DNA from: Macrostomum lignano
Taxonomy: Eukaryota
DNA: 64,000 nt
Assembly: GCA_002269645.1 (NCBI GenBank)
Contig: NIVC01000663.1
Coordinates: 1 to 64,000, forward strand
Reading direction: 5' to 3'
Shown piece by piece: positions 37,501 to 49,761 of this stretch. Under the pieces are notes generated by a model that was not told where the DNA came from, did no database searches, and saw only the letters and a list, made by a program, of their open reading frames with translations. The position numbers and the translations under genes are program-made. Numbering within the stretch: position 1 is the first letter of the stretch; every line of letters begins with the position of its first letter.

Positions 37501-37789
37501 GTGAGGCGATTCTAATGTACATAGAGATGTCATGATAGAATTATGAAAGCAACAGGATTAACTACTGGCTATACCAGATAAAAATATTTACGCTTACCTA
37601 TTTTGTTAGGCGTTTAACAGAAGAACAGATCTTGCTGATTTTTTCATTTGGTATTAAAACAGACAGTAAAATAGCTTTCAACTCTTAGTCTTTATTTGAC
37701 TAGATAAATTGAATTCTTTGACTTATAATCAAAGCTAATCACGTGAATCAGTTTCAGTCTAGTGCTAGTGCATTATTAGTGACGATGAT

Positions 37790-38330
37790 GTTCAGAGCTT
37801 GCGAGTTAATAAATTGTAGGGGGGGTAGAGAAACTGGTCAAGGGGTGCGTGCGCCCTGTCCCGGTACGGTTCAATAAAATAGGGGGTGGGTTAGAGAAAC
37901 GGGACAGGGGTACAGAGCTTGCGACGGGTCAATAAAATTGGGGGGTAGAGAAACTGGTCTAGGGGTGCGTGCGCCCGGTCCCGGTACGGTTCAATAAAAT
38001 AGGGGGTGGGTTAGAGAAACGGGACAGGGGTACAGAGCTTGCGACGGGTAAATAAAATTGGGGTAGAGAAACGGGACAGGGTTCAGAGCTTGTGACGGGC
38101 CAATAAAATTGGGGGTTGTGAAACGGGACAGGGGTCTAGAGCTTGCGACGGGTCAATAAAATTGGGGTAGAGAAACGGGACAGGGTTCAGAGCTTGCGAC
38201 GGGTAAATAAAATTGGGGTAGAGAAACGGGACAGGGTTCAGAGCTTGCGACGGGTAAATAAAATTGGGGGTTGTGAAACGGGACAGGGTTCAGAGCTTGC
38301 GACGGGTCAATAAAATTGGAGGGGAGGGGC
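37790..38330. repeat. Approximately 51-bp minisatellite family (GAGAAACGGGACAGGG..CAGAGCTTGCGACGGG..AATAAAATTGGGG) (intron 18)
   Basis: Direct reading; diverged larger units at the 5' end. Confidence 0.88.
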
Positions 38331-38700
38331 CGGTAGAAAACTGGAAAGGGCTGCAGATTTTACGTAGAATGGCGCGAACGTTAGATTGATCAATGGGCGA
38401 ATAGTTCGTATTAAGTGGGAAACAGTGATGATTTGATGATGCTACTTGATAGAAATTAGAAGAAAACTGCACGTGAGCTAAGGGATATATATGTACGAGT
38501 ATCTTGAACTATAAGATAACGTGTCAGTCACTAAGTCGACACTTCACTTTAAATTTTAACTTTTACGTACTCACGTACCAATCAACAAGCATATCTGCAG
38601 AGTATTAAAGACCCAACCGTATTCTTTATTCTCTATTTGCTACTAGCCAATCCGTAGCTTGTTCTCATACTTCACCCGCCCGCCTCTGCCAATCGTCAAG

Positions 38701-40380
38701 GTGAACGCCACGGATCCCGACGCCGACCAGAACGCAAACGTCACCTTCGCTTTCCTCGCTGGCGGAAGCTCCTCTGCCTTCTCCATCGACGCCCTGACCG
38801 GTCGAGTGACCGTTGCTAATGGCAACGAGCTTGACTACCAGAAGCAGCAGGAGCACCTCGTGATCGTCTCCGCGGCTGATCAGGGCTCACCGGCCCAGAC
38901 CAGCTTCCAGACTCTGCGAGTTCGAATCGTCGACACCAACGACAAGCCGGTGGTGTTCAGCCCGAGCGTCTACTCTGCCACGGTGCTGGAGAACCAGTCG
39001 CCCGGACAGCTAGCTGTTCGAGTCTTCGCCAGCGATCCGGACACTGTCCCGGCCAGCGGGTTCAACTTCAGCTTGGCCAATACGACGGAAGACTCGGCCA
39101 CCTTTTACCTGACTGACTCGGAGAACACCAAGTCGGCCAGCCTGATGGTAGGCGCCACCCTGGACCGCGAGACGCGCAGCTTCTACTCCGTCCGACTGCG
39201 CGTCACCGACGGTCGCTTTGCTGACGACTCCGCTGTTGTCAACGTCACTGTCGGTGACCTCAATGACAATGAGCCCCGGTTCGCAACAACGGACTATGTC
39301 TTTTTCGCCGACGAACTCGCACCGCTGGGCGCCGTCTTTGGCCGCGTGGTTGCCACGGACGCCGACGCGGGCGCCAACGCCCAGTTGGTTTATTTCCTCA
39401 ACGGCGGCGAGGAGAACTTCCGGCTGGACTTCCGCACCGGGGAGCTCAGCCTGGCGGCCGGGCTCAACGCCAGCTTGAAGTCCGTCTATAGGCTGCAGGC
39501 GACCGCGCGGGACCAGGGCTCACCGTCGCTCTCCGCCGCCGCCAACGTCACCGTCTACGTCAACGCTACGAACGTGTACACACCGGTGTTCAGTCCCGCA
39601 GTTTACACGGTTGTTGTCAATGAGACAGCCTCAACAGGCGTTGTCATAGCAACCGTCTCAGCTACGGACGCCGACTACCCGTCGGTGAACGGCCTCCTGA
39701 CCTTCAGTTTGGCGCCGCCGGCCGACGCGCATTTCGACATCGACGCGACCAGCGGTGCCATTCGCCTGAAATTGGCGCTCGATTTCGAGACATCGCAGTC
39801 GCACGAACTGGTCGCCGTGGCAACCGACGGCGGCGCGATGGCCCGCTCAGCCACCGCCCAGGTGTTTGTGTCGGTGCTGAACGCGGATGACACGCCGCCG
39901 CGGTTCCGGCCGGCCGAGTACAGCTTCCTGGCACCGTCCAACGCCTCGGCAAGCTGGCAGTTCGGCTTCGTGTCCGCTTTCGATCCCGACTATCCGACGG
40001 CGCGGCCGCAGCCGGTCACCTACTCGGTGACTGTTGGGTCCAGCTTAGTCCGCATCGATTCGACCAGCGGCTCGCTGAGCTGGCCCAGCGGCTCAGCTCC
40101 GACTGTTGGAAACCACTCAGCAACGGTTGCCGCAGTCGACGCCGCTCGACTGTCAGCTTCAGCGACTGTTCGACTGGAAGTCCTGCCGGCCGAGGTGTAC
40201 TACGCCAAGGTGCCTTCTTTGCCGGTGTCTCCGCTGAGCGTCCCGGCAGTGCTGGAGAACCAAACCGACTGGCTGACGGTGGCCAATGTTGATGCTAAGA
40301 TTAACGGAGGAGCCGCTGATGCCGGCCTCGCCTATCGGCTGTCGACCAGTGGCGACAAGTTTAACATCTCGGCGAATACG
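38701..40380 (+). CDS. Cadherin exon 19, 1680 nt (EC12-EC17)
   Basis: TCAAG acceptor, 560 codons of cadherin repeats, donor GTGAGC. Confidence 0.95.
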
Positions 40381-40394
40381 GTGAGCGATTTGAC

Positions 40395-40555
40395 GATCCC
40401 TGAATTGGTTTTCCGCTCCCCTTGAATGAGTCTTCCGCTCCCCTTGAATGAGTCTTCCGCTCCCCTTGAATGAGTCTTCCGCTCCCCTTGAATGAGTCTT
40501 CCGCTCCCCTTGAATGAGTCTTCCGCTACCCTTGAATTGGTTTTCCGCTCCCTGG
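40395..40555. repeat. 22-bp minisatellite CCCCTTGAATGAGTCTTCCGCT (intron 19)
   Basis: Tandem periodicity of 22. Confidence 0.92.
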
Positions 40556-40658
40556 GTAGTTTGCTGTGATTTTGAACTGTAAATGAAAGCAGGTAGAAAA
40601 TATTCCAAAGGTAAAGAAATTCCAAGAAATCCCCATTGCTTTAAAAACTTTCCCACAG

Positions 40659-40913
40659 GGAATTCTGACGGCCCGGCCGCGCACCCTGGACCGCGAGACG
40701 GCTAGTGAAGAATCGGCCGTCGCCATAGCCGTCAACGCAGCCGAGCCGAAGTACTCGGCCTCTGTGCTGATCAGCCTGCCGCTGACTGACATCAACGACA
40801 ATCCGCCTCGATTCCAGTTTCCCGGCGGCGACTGCCTGGTGCTGGAGAATGCCACCATTGGCTCCGTAGCAGCAGCCGTCGTGGCTGCGGATCCCGACGC
40901 TTCGGCCGGCGCG
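40659..40913 (+). CDS. Cadherin exon 20 (GILTARPRTLDRE...LTDINDNPP)
   Basis: CACAG acceptor, GTGAGC donor, phase 0-0. Confidence 0.92.
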
Positions 40914-41002
40914 GTGAGCCGTCGACACTTGACATGCACTGACCCTGGATTTGGCCTTCCAACGCCCTTTCTTGAGTCTCTGGATTTGACCTCAATTGTA
41001 TC

Positions 41003-41295
41003 AACCCTGGATATGCACTTTTTCCTTCAGACCCTGGATATGCACTTTATCCTTCAGACCCTGGATATGCACTTTTTCCTTCAGACCCTGGATATGCACT
41101 TTATCCTTCAGACCCTGGATATGCACTGTATATCCTTCTGACCCTTGGATATGTACTTAATCCTTCTCACCCCTGGATATGCAGTTTAATCTTCTGGCGC
41201 CTGGATATGCAATTTATCCTTCCGACCCTGGATATGTAATCTATCTTTCTGAACCCTGGATATTCCTTTATAGCATTCGGACCCTAGATATGCAC
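41003..41295. repeat. 27-bp minisatellite ACCCTGGATATGCACTTT(T/A)TCCTTCAG (intron 20)
   Basis: Tandem periodicity of 27. Confidence 0.9.
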
Positions 41296-41403
41296 TTTAA
41301 AGAATTCCACCCTCGGGTATGCCTTAAAACCCATACATACAATCAGGAAAAATCTCTTCAGTGTGAAAATGCGACATTAATATATCCACATTTTAATCCA
41401 CAG

Positions 41404-41544
41404 CCAAACTACAACCTGGTGTCTGACAGTTCCGCTGGAAAATTCCGTCTCCAATCAGGCTCGGAAAATTCCGTTCAGGTGTTGGTGAATGCGCCATTAG
41501 ACTACGACACAATGGCGTCAGTTTCCTATCACTATGTTCTCATT
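41404..41544 (+). CDS. Cadherin exon 21 (PNYNLV...PLDYDTM...HYVLI)
   Basis: CACAG acceptor, GTGAGT donor, phase 0-0. Confidence 0.88.
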
Positions 41545-41594
41545 GTGAGTGCAACTCGATTATTTCGTACAGCTAATATGCCCCAGCTTTCGAT

Positions 41595-41880
41595 CAATCA
41601 CATCCCAGCCAATAGGCTCCACCAAGCTCTCAACCAATGAGATCAAATCCTAGCCGCCTTTGCAACCCCCCCTCCCCCGAATTCTCGACCAATCACATCC
41701 CAGCCAATAGGCTCCACCAAGCTCTCAACCAATGAGATCAAATCCTAGCCGCCTTTGCAACCCCCCTCCCCCGAATTCCCGACCAATCACATCCCAGCCA
41801 ATAGGCTCCACCAAGCTCTCAACCAATGAGATCAAATCCTAGCCGCCTTTGCAACCCCCTCCCCCGAATTCCCGACCAAT
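41595..41880. repeat. 93-95-bp tandem repeat, three copies, CCAAT-rich, abutting the next acceptor (intron 21)
   Basis: Unit starts at 41595, 41690 and 41784. Confidence 0.9.
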
Positions 41881-41883
41881 CAG

Positions 41884-42243
41884 ATCCAGGCCAGCGATGG
41901 CGTGTACGCCAGCAACTACTCCCTGACCGTACGCATCGGTGACGTCAACGACAACCCACCGAAATTCGCTCCGGCGTCGTACAATTTCGCCGTCGCCGAA
42001 CAGTCCACCGCTGGCGCCGTTGTCGGCCGGGTTTCGGCCACCGATCCGGACACGGCCGACGGCGGAGGAGGCGTCGGTGGCCCGTCCAAGCTGGTCTACC
42101 GTGTGGGCCCGCCGGCTGCGTCCGCCGCCGGCTTCGCTGTCGACTCCAGCAGCGGCGTCGTGTCGACAACGACCGTTTTTGACCGGCTGGTGGTTAGCCA
42201 GGCGACCTTCAATGTCACCTGCGAGGACACGGCTGGGCATACT
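41884..42243 (+). CDS. Cadherin exon 22 (IQASDG...IGDVNDNPP...FDR)
   Basis: ATCAG acceptor giving YVLIIQASDG, donor GTAAGT. Confidence 0.9.
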
Positions 42244-42562
42244 GTAAGTTTCTATTGACTCTGCTATGGGGCAGAGCAGCTTAGCGACTCGCGCGCCACG
42301 ATCCCTGGTTCGCGATTCCCTACGAACTCTATAAGGGTCAACCCCCAAGGCACAGAGAGTGTACACCCTGTGTGAGCGTGTGCATGAGTGCGTGCCAGCG
42401 TACAGTATTGGCTCGCTTGTATGTGCTCAGGAGCCAGCTGAATGGGCAGCATTGCCCGTAGCCTTCCTGCGAATATTTCAATATTGAAGGCCTCTGCAAT
42501 TCAAGCTACAGCCATTCAAGGTGTTGTACATGTGCCAAGACTAATTCACTCCCACACCACAG

Positions 42563-43112
42563 GCTGTCGCTCAGGTCACGGTGAACATCCTGGACGTGAA
42601 CAATCACGCCCCGAATATCACAAACCTGCCCGGCACTTGGCGCATCGCTGAGAATTCAAGCATCGGCTCCGGCCAGGTGTACAACCTGACTGTGCAGGAC
42701 TTGGACGCCGGCCAGAACGCCAACGTCAGCCTGACGTTGGTCTCCGGCAACGACCGCGGCTGGTTCAGCATCGTCGACGGTTTCAAGCTGACGGCTGCAT
42801 CGAACATCGATCGAGAGGCACCCGGTCTCGCCTACGACTCTGCGGGTAACGGTCGGGTCCTCCTGGTTGTCATGGCAACCGATGCCGGCTCGCCGACGCG
42901 GCTCAGCTCCACGGGCATCCTGACAGTCCTAGTGGGCGACGTCAATGACTCGCCGCCGAGATTCGCCGCCGGCACCGACAATCGGCAGTACCAGCTGGCC
43001 GAGAGCACCTCGGTTGGCTCCGTGGTGGTGCCCGGCTTTGATGTCCTTGACAACGATTTGGCAACCACCAACTCCTTCGTGTTCAGTCTGGGTGTCGATG
43101 GAAACTTTAATG
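42563..43112 (+). CDS. Cadherin exon 23 (EC19-EC21)
   Basis: CACAG acceptor, LDVNNHAP...IDRE...GDVNDSPP, donor GTTTGT, phase 0-1. Confidence 0.9.
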
Positions 43113-43129
43113 GTTTGTTTTGATAATCA

Positions 43130-43500
43130 TGTCTCTTCTCTCCATCTCCTCTCCCCTCTTTTTTTTCTTTCCTCTCCTATCCTTACCTCTCTCCACTTCT
43201 CTCTCCTTTCCTCTCCCCTCTTCTCTCCTCTCCTCTCTTCTCCTGTCTCACATCTTCTCTCCTTTCTTCTCTCTTCTCTCTTCTCTCTTTTCTCTTCTCT
43301 CTCTCTCATCTCTTCTTTCCTTTCATCTCTCATTTACTCTCCCCTCTCTCTTCTTCTTCCCTCTTATCTTTTTTATATTTTCTCATCCCATCTCCCATCT
43401 CTTCTCTCCTCTCATCTCCTCGCTCGCCTCTTCTCTATTCTCTGCTTCCTCATCTCCCCTTTCCTGTTCAGTCTTCTCTATTCACTCTCTTTTTCTCTCA
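43130..43500. repeat. Polypyrimidine (CT-rich) low-complexity tract (intron 23)
   Basis: Direct reading. Confidence 0.9.
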
Positions 43501-43664
43501 CCTGGCCCGCAGCTAGATTAGTTTTCTGTTAGTGAAACACTTCTGTCGTAACCAACAGGAACTAGGCTACAAGTGTCTTAATGTATATGAAATCTGCGAG
43601 GCCCAAAACAGTGAAAGCTTAAAGTTTATTGGCTCAGCGTGCACATTGATTCGTTTTCTTTTCT

Positions 43665-44090
43665 ACCCTTTTGACACCTTCCTCACGCTCCTGACTGCTT
43701 TCTTTTCTATCCTTTTAACACCCACCCACGCCTCTGACTGCTTTCTTTTCTATCCTTTTAACACCCACCCACGCCTCTGACTGCTTTCTTTTCTATCCTT
43801 TTAGCACCCACCTCACGCCCCTGACTGCTTTCTTTTCTATCCTTTTAGCACCCACCTCACGCCCCTGACTGTTTTCTTTTCTATCCTTTTAGCACCCACC
43901 TCACGCCCCTGACTGCTTTCTTTTCTATCCTTTTAGCACCCACCTCACGCCCCTGACTGCTTTCTTTTCTATCCTTTTAGCACCCACCTCACGCCCCTGA
44001 CTGCTTTCTTTTCTATCCTTTTAGCACCCACCTCACGCCCCTGACTGCTTTCTTTTCTATCCTTTTAGCACCCACCCCACGCCTCGGACT
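43665..44090. repeat. 44-bp minisatellite TTAGCACCCACCTCACGCCCCTGACTGCTTTCTTTTCTATCCTT (intron 23)
   Basis: Tandem periodicity of 44. Confidence 0.93.
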
Positions 44091-44252
44091 GTACATTAAC
44101 CGAACCTGCATCAACCTCCCCACATCACGTGTGATGCATAGTTGCAAACGGTTTCATGTTTGCACCTTTTCTATAGGAGTAACTTTCATAAAGATGAAAA
44201 TTTGAGATATTTTTGTTATAAAAAATATATAATCGTTTGTCTACCACTTCAG

Positions 44253-44368
44253 AAACGTTCCAAATAACCCCCGGTGGCAGTCTAAAGCTCAACAAGCAGT
44301 TATCGAGAGCAGCCAAAGCCCAGTTCAACCTCACTATTTATCTCACTGATGGCGTCTTCAACACTTCC
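44253..44368 (+). CDS. Cadherin exon 24 (TFQITPGGSLKLNKQLSRAAKAQFNLTIYLTDGVFNTS)
   Basis: TTCAG acceptor, GTGAGT donor, phase 1-0; not in the ORF track. Confidence 0.85.
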
Positions 44369-44448
44369 GTGAGTTGCTGTTTTATAAGATTAAAATACTT
44401 GAAATGATGCTGACAAAAATCGCCCCCAACCTGAATCAATGTTTGCAG

Positions 44449-44667
44449 ACATTTATCACCATAATAGTGATGGACAGCAACAACAACAGCCCGGTGTTCG
44501 GCAGCCCGCTCTACCAGTTCTTTGTCACCGAGAATGACAGATCGGGCGTCACTGGCCAGCTGATTGGCCAGGTGCAAGCTGACGACCCGGATACTGGACT
44601 CAACGGCAAAGTTGTCTACTCTGTCGGGTCACCCAGCAACCACAGATACCTGCTGGCAATTAGCGAG
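44449..44667 (+). CDS. Cadherin exon 25 (VMDSNNNSP...ADDPDTGLNG)
   Basis: TGCAG acceptor, GTAAGC donor, phase 0-0. Confidence 0.92.
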
Positions 44668-44684
44668 GTAAGCTGAGCCTGTGT

Positions 44685-44901
<217 letters not shown>

Positions 44902-44914
44902 CAACCGCTTCCAG

Positions 44915-45013
44915 AACGGCACGGTGACTCTGAACGGCACGCTGGACAGGGAAGCAAACGCAATGCTGGTTTTCTCAATTGTCGCCTCGGACATGGGGGT
45001 GTCTCCTCGCTTT
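44915..45013 (+). CDS. Cadherin exon 26 ([13 protein letters not shown]...SDMGVSPRF)
   Basis: TCCAG acceptor, GTAAGC donor, phase 0-0. Confidence 0.9.
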
Positions 45014-45148
45014 GTAAGCTGTTATTTTTAAAGCTCAATATTTTACTCTTAAATAATGATAGCTATATCTGAACATACCTACTCGTAGAAGTAGATACTA
45101 GAGAAGCAAAGCGCAGGAGACTGAAGATTATTGAATTTATCTTTGCAG

Positions 45149-45151
45149 AAC
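45149..45151 (+). CDS. Candidate 3-nt microexon AAC (Asn)
   Basis: TTTATCTTTGCAG|AAC|GTGAGT between two phase-0 exons; restores the cadherin G-strand register PRF-N-TTAEL. Confidence 0.6.
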
Positions 45152-45399
45152 GTGAGTTGGCTGCTTTCAGCGCCCAGGAAAAATTCCTACAGCAATAAAG
45201 AAACAAAGTTCGCTTTACTCATTCACAGCTCAAAGTGTTATGCTTTCACGCAGTTTGTTTTGTCAAAAGTTCAGACTGTGCTTTTTGATTAAGTGAAATT
45301 TTCTTTCACTTTTTTAGCTTTTCAGAATCTGTCATAGAATTCTGTATTTCAACAGAAAGCAAAATTTAATTTTATTAATGATATTTTTATTGTTCGCAG

Positions 45400-45519
45400 A
45401 CAACGGCAGAGCTCCGTCTGACAATCTTGGACATCAACGACAACCAGCCTGAGTTCACCGCGCCTCAGTACGTTGGCTCCGTGCCGGAGAACTCGCCAGC
45501 CGGAACCGAGGTGTACTTT
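45400..45519 (+). CDS. Cadherin exon 27 (TTAELRLTILDINDNQP...PENSPAGTEVYF)
   Basis: CGCAG acceptor, GTGAGT donor, phase 0-0; not in the ORF track. Confidence 0.92.
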
Positions 45520-45559
45520 GTGAGTGCAGATGCCCGCCTCTCATCACCCCATTCAACCC

Positions 45560-46045
45560 TCTCTAACCCTCCCTTCTACCCTCTCTGATTCTCTCCATTC
45601 TACCCTCTCTGATTCTCTCCATTCTACCCTCTCTGACTCTCTGCCTTCTACCCTCTCTGACTTTCTGCCTTCTACCCTCTCTGACTCTCTGCCTTCTACC
45701 CTCTCTGACTCTCTGCCTTCTACCCTCTCTGACTCTGCCTTCTACCCTCTCTGACTCTCTACCTTCTACTCTCTCTGACTCTCTGCCTTCTACCCTCTCT
45801 GACTCTCTATTGTCTACCCTCTCTGTCTCTCAATTTCTACCCTCTTTGACCCTCCCCTTTCTTCTCTCTGACTCTCTTTCTTCTACCCTCTCTGACTCTC
45901 TACCTTCTACCCTCTCTGACTCTCTGCCTTCTACCCTCTCTGACTCTCTGCCTTCTACCCTCTCTGACTCTCTACCTTCTACCCTCTCTGACTCTCCTCC
46001 TTCTTACCTCTCTGACTCCCCCCTTCTACCCTCTCTGACTCTCCC
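45560..46045. repeat. 24-bp pyrimidine-rich minisatellite CTCTGCCTTCTACCCTCTCTGACT (intron 27)
   Basis: Tandem periodicity of 24. Confidence 0.92.
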
Positions 46046-46113
46046 ACTTCGTCAAATCTCTACTTTATTCTCCAGCACCGCCTTCTTAATCGCCAGTTAA
46101 ATACCACCCGCAG

Positions 46114-46907
46114 CTGCCCAGCCTCCAGGCCACGGACCGAGACGCCGACAACAACAGCTTCATCGAGTACTCGATTGTCGACTCTCCCAGCCTCCCATTC
46201 GTCATCAATGCTTCTACCGGCAGTCTGACGGTGGCGCCAGGCGCCAGTCTCGACCGCGAAGCACTAAGCAGCGGCGCCTCGTTCGCTTTCACCGTCGCCG
46301 CCTTCAACAGCCGTGGCCAGCCGTCGACGCTGAACCGCACCCTCGTCAGCGTGGTCGTCCGCCTGGCCGACGTCAACGACAACGCGCCGACATTTGGTAG
46401 CGGCGGCGCCGGCTACAACTTTTCCGTGTCGGAGGGAGCCGGCCAGTTCACCAGCGTCGGCCGGGTTGCCGCCACCGACCCGGACGCCGGCGACAACGGC
46501 ACCGTGATGTACTTCATCGTGTCCGGCAGCGACAGCCGCTTCGTCATCAACATCAGCACCGGAGAGATCCAGCTGCTGTACCCTGTCGATCGGGAGCTCA
46601 AGGACTTCTATCTGTTGAATGTGTCGGCTGTGGATCGGGGCAGCCCGGCGCTCAGCTCTTTTGTCGGCGTCAGCGTCGTCGTGACCGACATCAACGACGT
46701 CGCGCCAACGTTCCAGCCGTCAGCTTCAACGACCTTCGTTCTGACGGAGGAATCGATGGGGGTCCGGGTGGTTGGCCGGCTGAATGCCACGGACGCGGAT
46801 TTCGGGGACAACGGCCGGGTGACCTACTTCCTGACGGACTCGACAGCCCTGGCGACGTTCAACTTGAACGCCTCGGATGGGCTGCTGACAACCGTTGAAA
46901 CTGTTCG
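46114..46907 (+). CDS. Cadherin exon 28 (EC23-EC25)
   Basis: CGCAG acceptor (in-frame alternative at 46129), LDRE and DVNDNAP motifs, donor GTTAGT, phase 0-2. Confidence 0.88.
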
Positions 46908-46915
46908 GTTAGTTA

Positions 46916-47035
46916 CAGTCAGTCAGTCAGTCAGTCAGTCAGTCAGTCAGTCAGTCAGTCAGTCAGTCAGTCAGTCAGTCAGTCAGTCAGTCAGTCAGTC
47001 AGTCAGTCAGTCAGTCAGTCAGTCAGTCAGTCAGT
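46916..47035. repeat. (CAGT)n microsatellite inside the 144-nt intron 46908-47051
   Basis: Direct reading. Confidence 0.97.
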
Positions 47036-47051
47036 CCCGCAAATCCCGCAG

Positions 47052-47454
47052 GCTGGACCGAGAGGCCACTCCTGTCATTCGCTTCCTGGCCTTCGCCCGG
47101 GACTCCGGCGCTCCGACCTCGCTGACCGGAACAACGGAGGTCACCGTCCGACTCTCCGACGTCAACGACTGGAGCCCGACCTTTTCCGAGACCGAATACC
47201 GAGTTTACACTTTGGAGAAGACTCCCGTAAATTCTATTCTAATGGTTGCTTTGGCAACCGATCACGACGAAGGTCCGAACGCCAACCTGACGTACTCAGT
47301 GACTGGCAACGGGTCGGATTTTGTGTCGGTAGAAGTGGCTACCGGCTTCGTCAGGCTGGCCAAGCAGCTGACTCTGAGCGAGCTGCTCAATAGGGGCCTG
47401 GTCAGGCAGAATGGCACAGGGAATGACACCGCGTACACGCCTCTGGTGCTGCAG
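47052..47454 (+). CDS. Cadherin exon 29 (RLDREATP...SDVNDWSP...ATDHDEG)
   Basis: CGCAG acceptor, phase 2 (CG+G = Arg), donor GTGAGC. Confidence 0.9.
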
Positions 47455-47494
47455 GTGAGCCTTGATGAAGGAGTTCATTGGCATTGTCTAATGT

Positions 47495-48742
47495 CGATTT
47501 GATGTCTATCTGATGTCTATCTGACGTCTATCTGATGTCTATGTAATCTCTATCGGATGTCTATCCAATGTCTATCGGATGTCTGCCTGATGTCTGCCTG
47601 ATGTCTATCTCTATCTGATGTCTATCCGATGTCTATCTGGTGCCTGTCTGATGTCTATCTAATGTCGCTCTGATGTCTATCTGATGTCTATCTGATGTCT
47701 ATCTGATGTCTATCTAATCTCTATCGGATGTCTATCCAATGTCTATCGGATGTCTGCCTGATGTCTGCCTGATGTCTATCTCTATCTGATGTCTATCCGA
47801 TGTCTATCTGGTGCCTGTCTGATGTCTATCTAATGTCGCTCTGATGTCTATCTGATGTCTATCTGATGTCTATCTGATGTCTATCTGATGTATATCTGGT
47901 GTCTATCCGATGCCTATCTGATGTCTATCTGATGTATATCTGGTGTCTATCCGATGTCTACAGTGTATCTGATGTCTATCTGTCTATCCGATGCCTATCT
48001 GATGTCCATCTGATGTCTATCTGATATTTATCTGATGCTTATCTGATGTCTATCTGATGTCTATCTGGTGTCTATCTAATGTCTATCTGATGTCTATCTG
48101 GTGTCTATCTGATGTCTATCTAATGTCTATCTGATGTCTATCTGATGTCTATCTGATGTCTATCTGATGTCTATCTGATGTCTATCTGATGTCTATCTGA
48201 TGTCTATCTGATGTCTGCATGATGTCTGTCTGATGTCTGTCTGATGTCTATCTGATGTCTATCTGATGTCTGCCTGATGTCTATCTAATGTCTATCTGAT
48301 GTCTATCTGATGTCTATCTAATGTCTATCTGATGTCTATCTGATGTCTATCTGATGTCTATCTGATGTCTATCTGATGTCTGCATGATGTCTGTCTGATG
48401 TCTGTCTGATGTCTATCTGATGTCTATCTGATGTCTGCCTGATGTCTATCTAATGTCTATCTGATGTCTATCTGATGTCTATCTGATGTCTATCTGATGT
48501 CTATCTGATGTCTATCTGATGTCTGCATGATGTCTGTCTGATGTCTGTCTGATGTCTGTCTGATGTCTATCTAATGTCTATCTGATGTCTATCTGATGTC
48601 TATCTGATGTCTATCTGATGTCTATCTGATGTCTATCTGATGTCTATCTGATGTCTATCTGATGTCTATCTGATGTCTATCTGATGTCTATCTGATGTCT
48701 ATCTGATATTTATCTGATGCTTATCTGATGTCTATCTGTCCG
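47495..48742. repeat. 11-bp minisatellite CTGATGTCTAT (intron 29)
   Basis: Tandem periodicity of 11. Confidence 0.96.
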
Positions 48743-48920
48743 TCCTATTGGGAGCTATTAGTGATAATATGCACTGGCCTTTAAAAATAGAAGAAATAAA
48801 ATAACTCTTAAAATCAAGTTCATATCAATTGTGATAATTACTGAATAAATTTACATTTGTAGATAAGCTAAAGTGCTTTAATAACCTCATGGTTCCTTGA
48901 CCCCCGCCTCGCAATTCCAG

Positions 48921-49178
48921 TTGACGGCGTTTGACAACCCGACAGACGACACCCAACCGGGACGGAATGGCACCGCAGCTCTGCTGATATTCCTCAATCA
49001 GATCACTGACCAGCTGCCCACCTTCAGCCAGGTTAATTATCAGTTCTCACTAGCTGAGAACTCTTCGCCCGGAAGTCTGGTTGGCGCGGTGAACGCAACT
49101 CTGTCCGCTGGTTCCGCTTTCTCAGTCAGGTACCGACTGTTGAACTCTAATCCGCTGTTCCAGGTGGACGAGGTCAAG
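48921..49178 (+). CDS. Cadherin exon 30 (LTAFDNP...LAENSSPGSLVG)
   Basis: TCCAG acceptor, GTAAGG donor, phase 0-0. Confidence 0.9.
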
Positions 49179-49184
49179 GTAAGG

Positions 49185-49690
49185 GTGTGGCACAGGGAAG
49201 GTAGAGAGGGTGAGGCACAGACAGGTAGAGGGTGGGGCACAGACAGGTAGAGGGTGGGGCACAGACAGGTAGAGAGGGTGAGGCACAGACAGGTAGAGGG
49301 TGGGGCACAGACAGGTAGAGAGGGTGAGGCACAGACAGGTAGAGGGTGGGGCACAGACAGGTAGAGAGGGTGAGGCACAGACAGGTAGAGGGTGGGGCAC
49401 ATGAGGTAGAAAGTGTGGGGCACAGACAGGTAGAGAAGGCGGGGCACAGACAGGTAGAGAAGGCGGGGCACAGACAGGTAGAGAAGGCGGGGCACAGACA
49501 GGTAGAGAAGGCGGGGCACAGACAGGTAGAGAAGGCGGGGCACAGACAGGTAGAGAAGGCGGGGCACAGACAGGTAGAGAAGGCGGGGCACAGACAGGTA
49601 GAGAAGGCGGGGCACAGACAGGTAGAGAAGGCGGGGCACAGACAGGTAGAGAAGGCGGGGCACAGACAGGTAGAGAAGGCGGGGCACAGG
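49185..49690. repeat. 22/24-bp purine-rich minisatellite GGGGCACAGACAGGTAGAGAAGGC (intron 30)
   Basis: Tandem periodicity. Confidence 0.95.
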
Positions 49691-49761
49691 GCCACAAGGC
49701 ACAAGACGAACTCCAGCAAATCCAGCAGCCCAAATCCCCATCCGAAAACCACACTGAGCAG

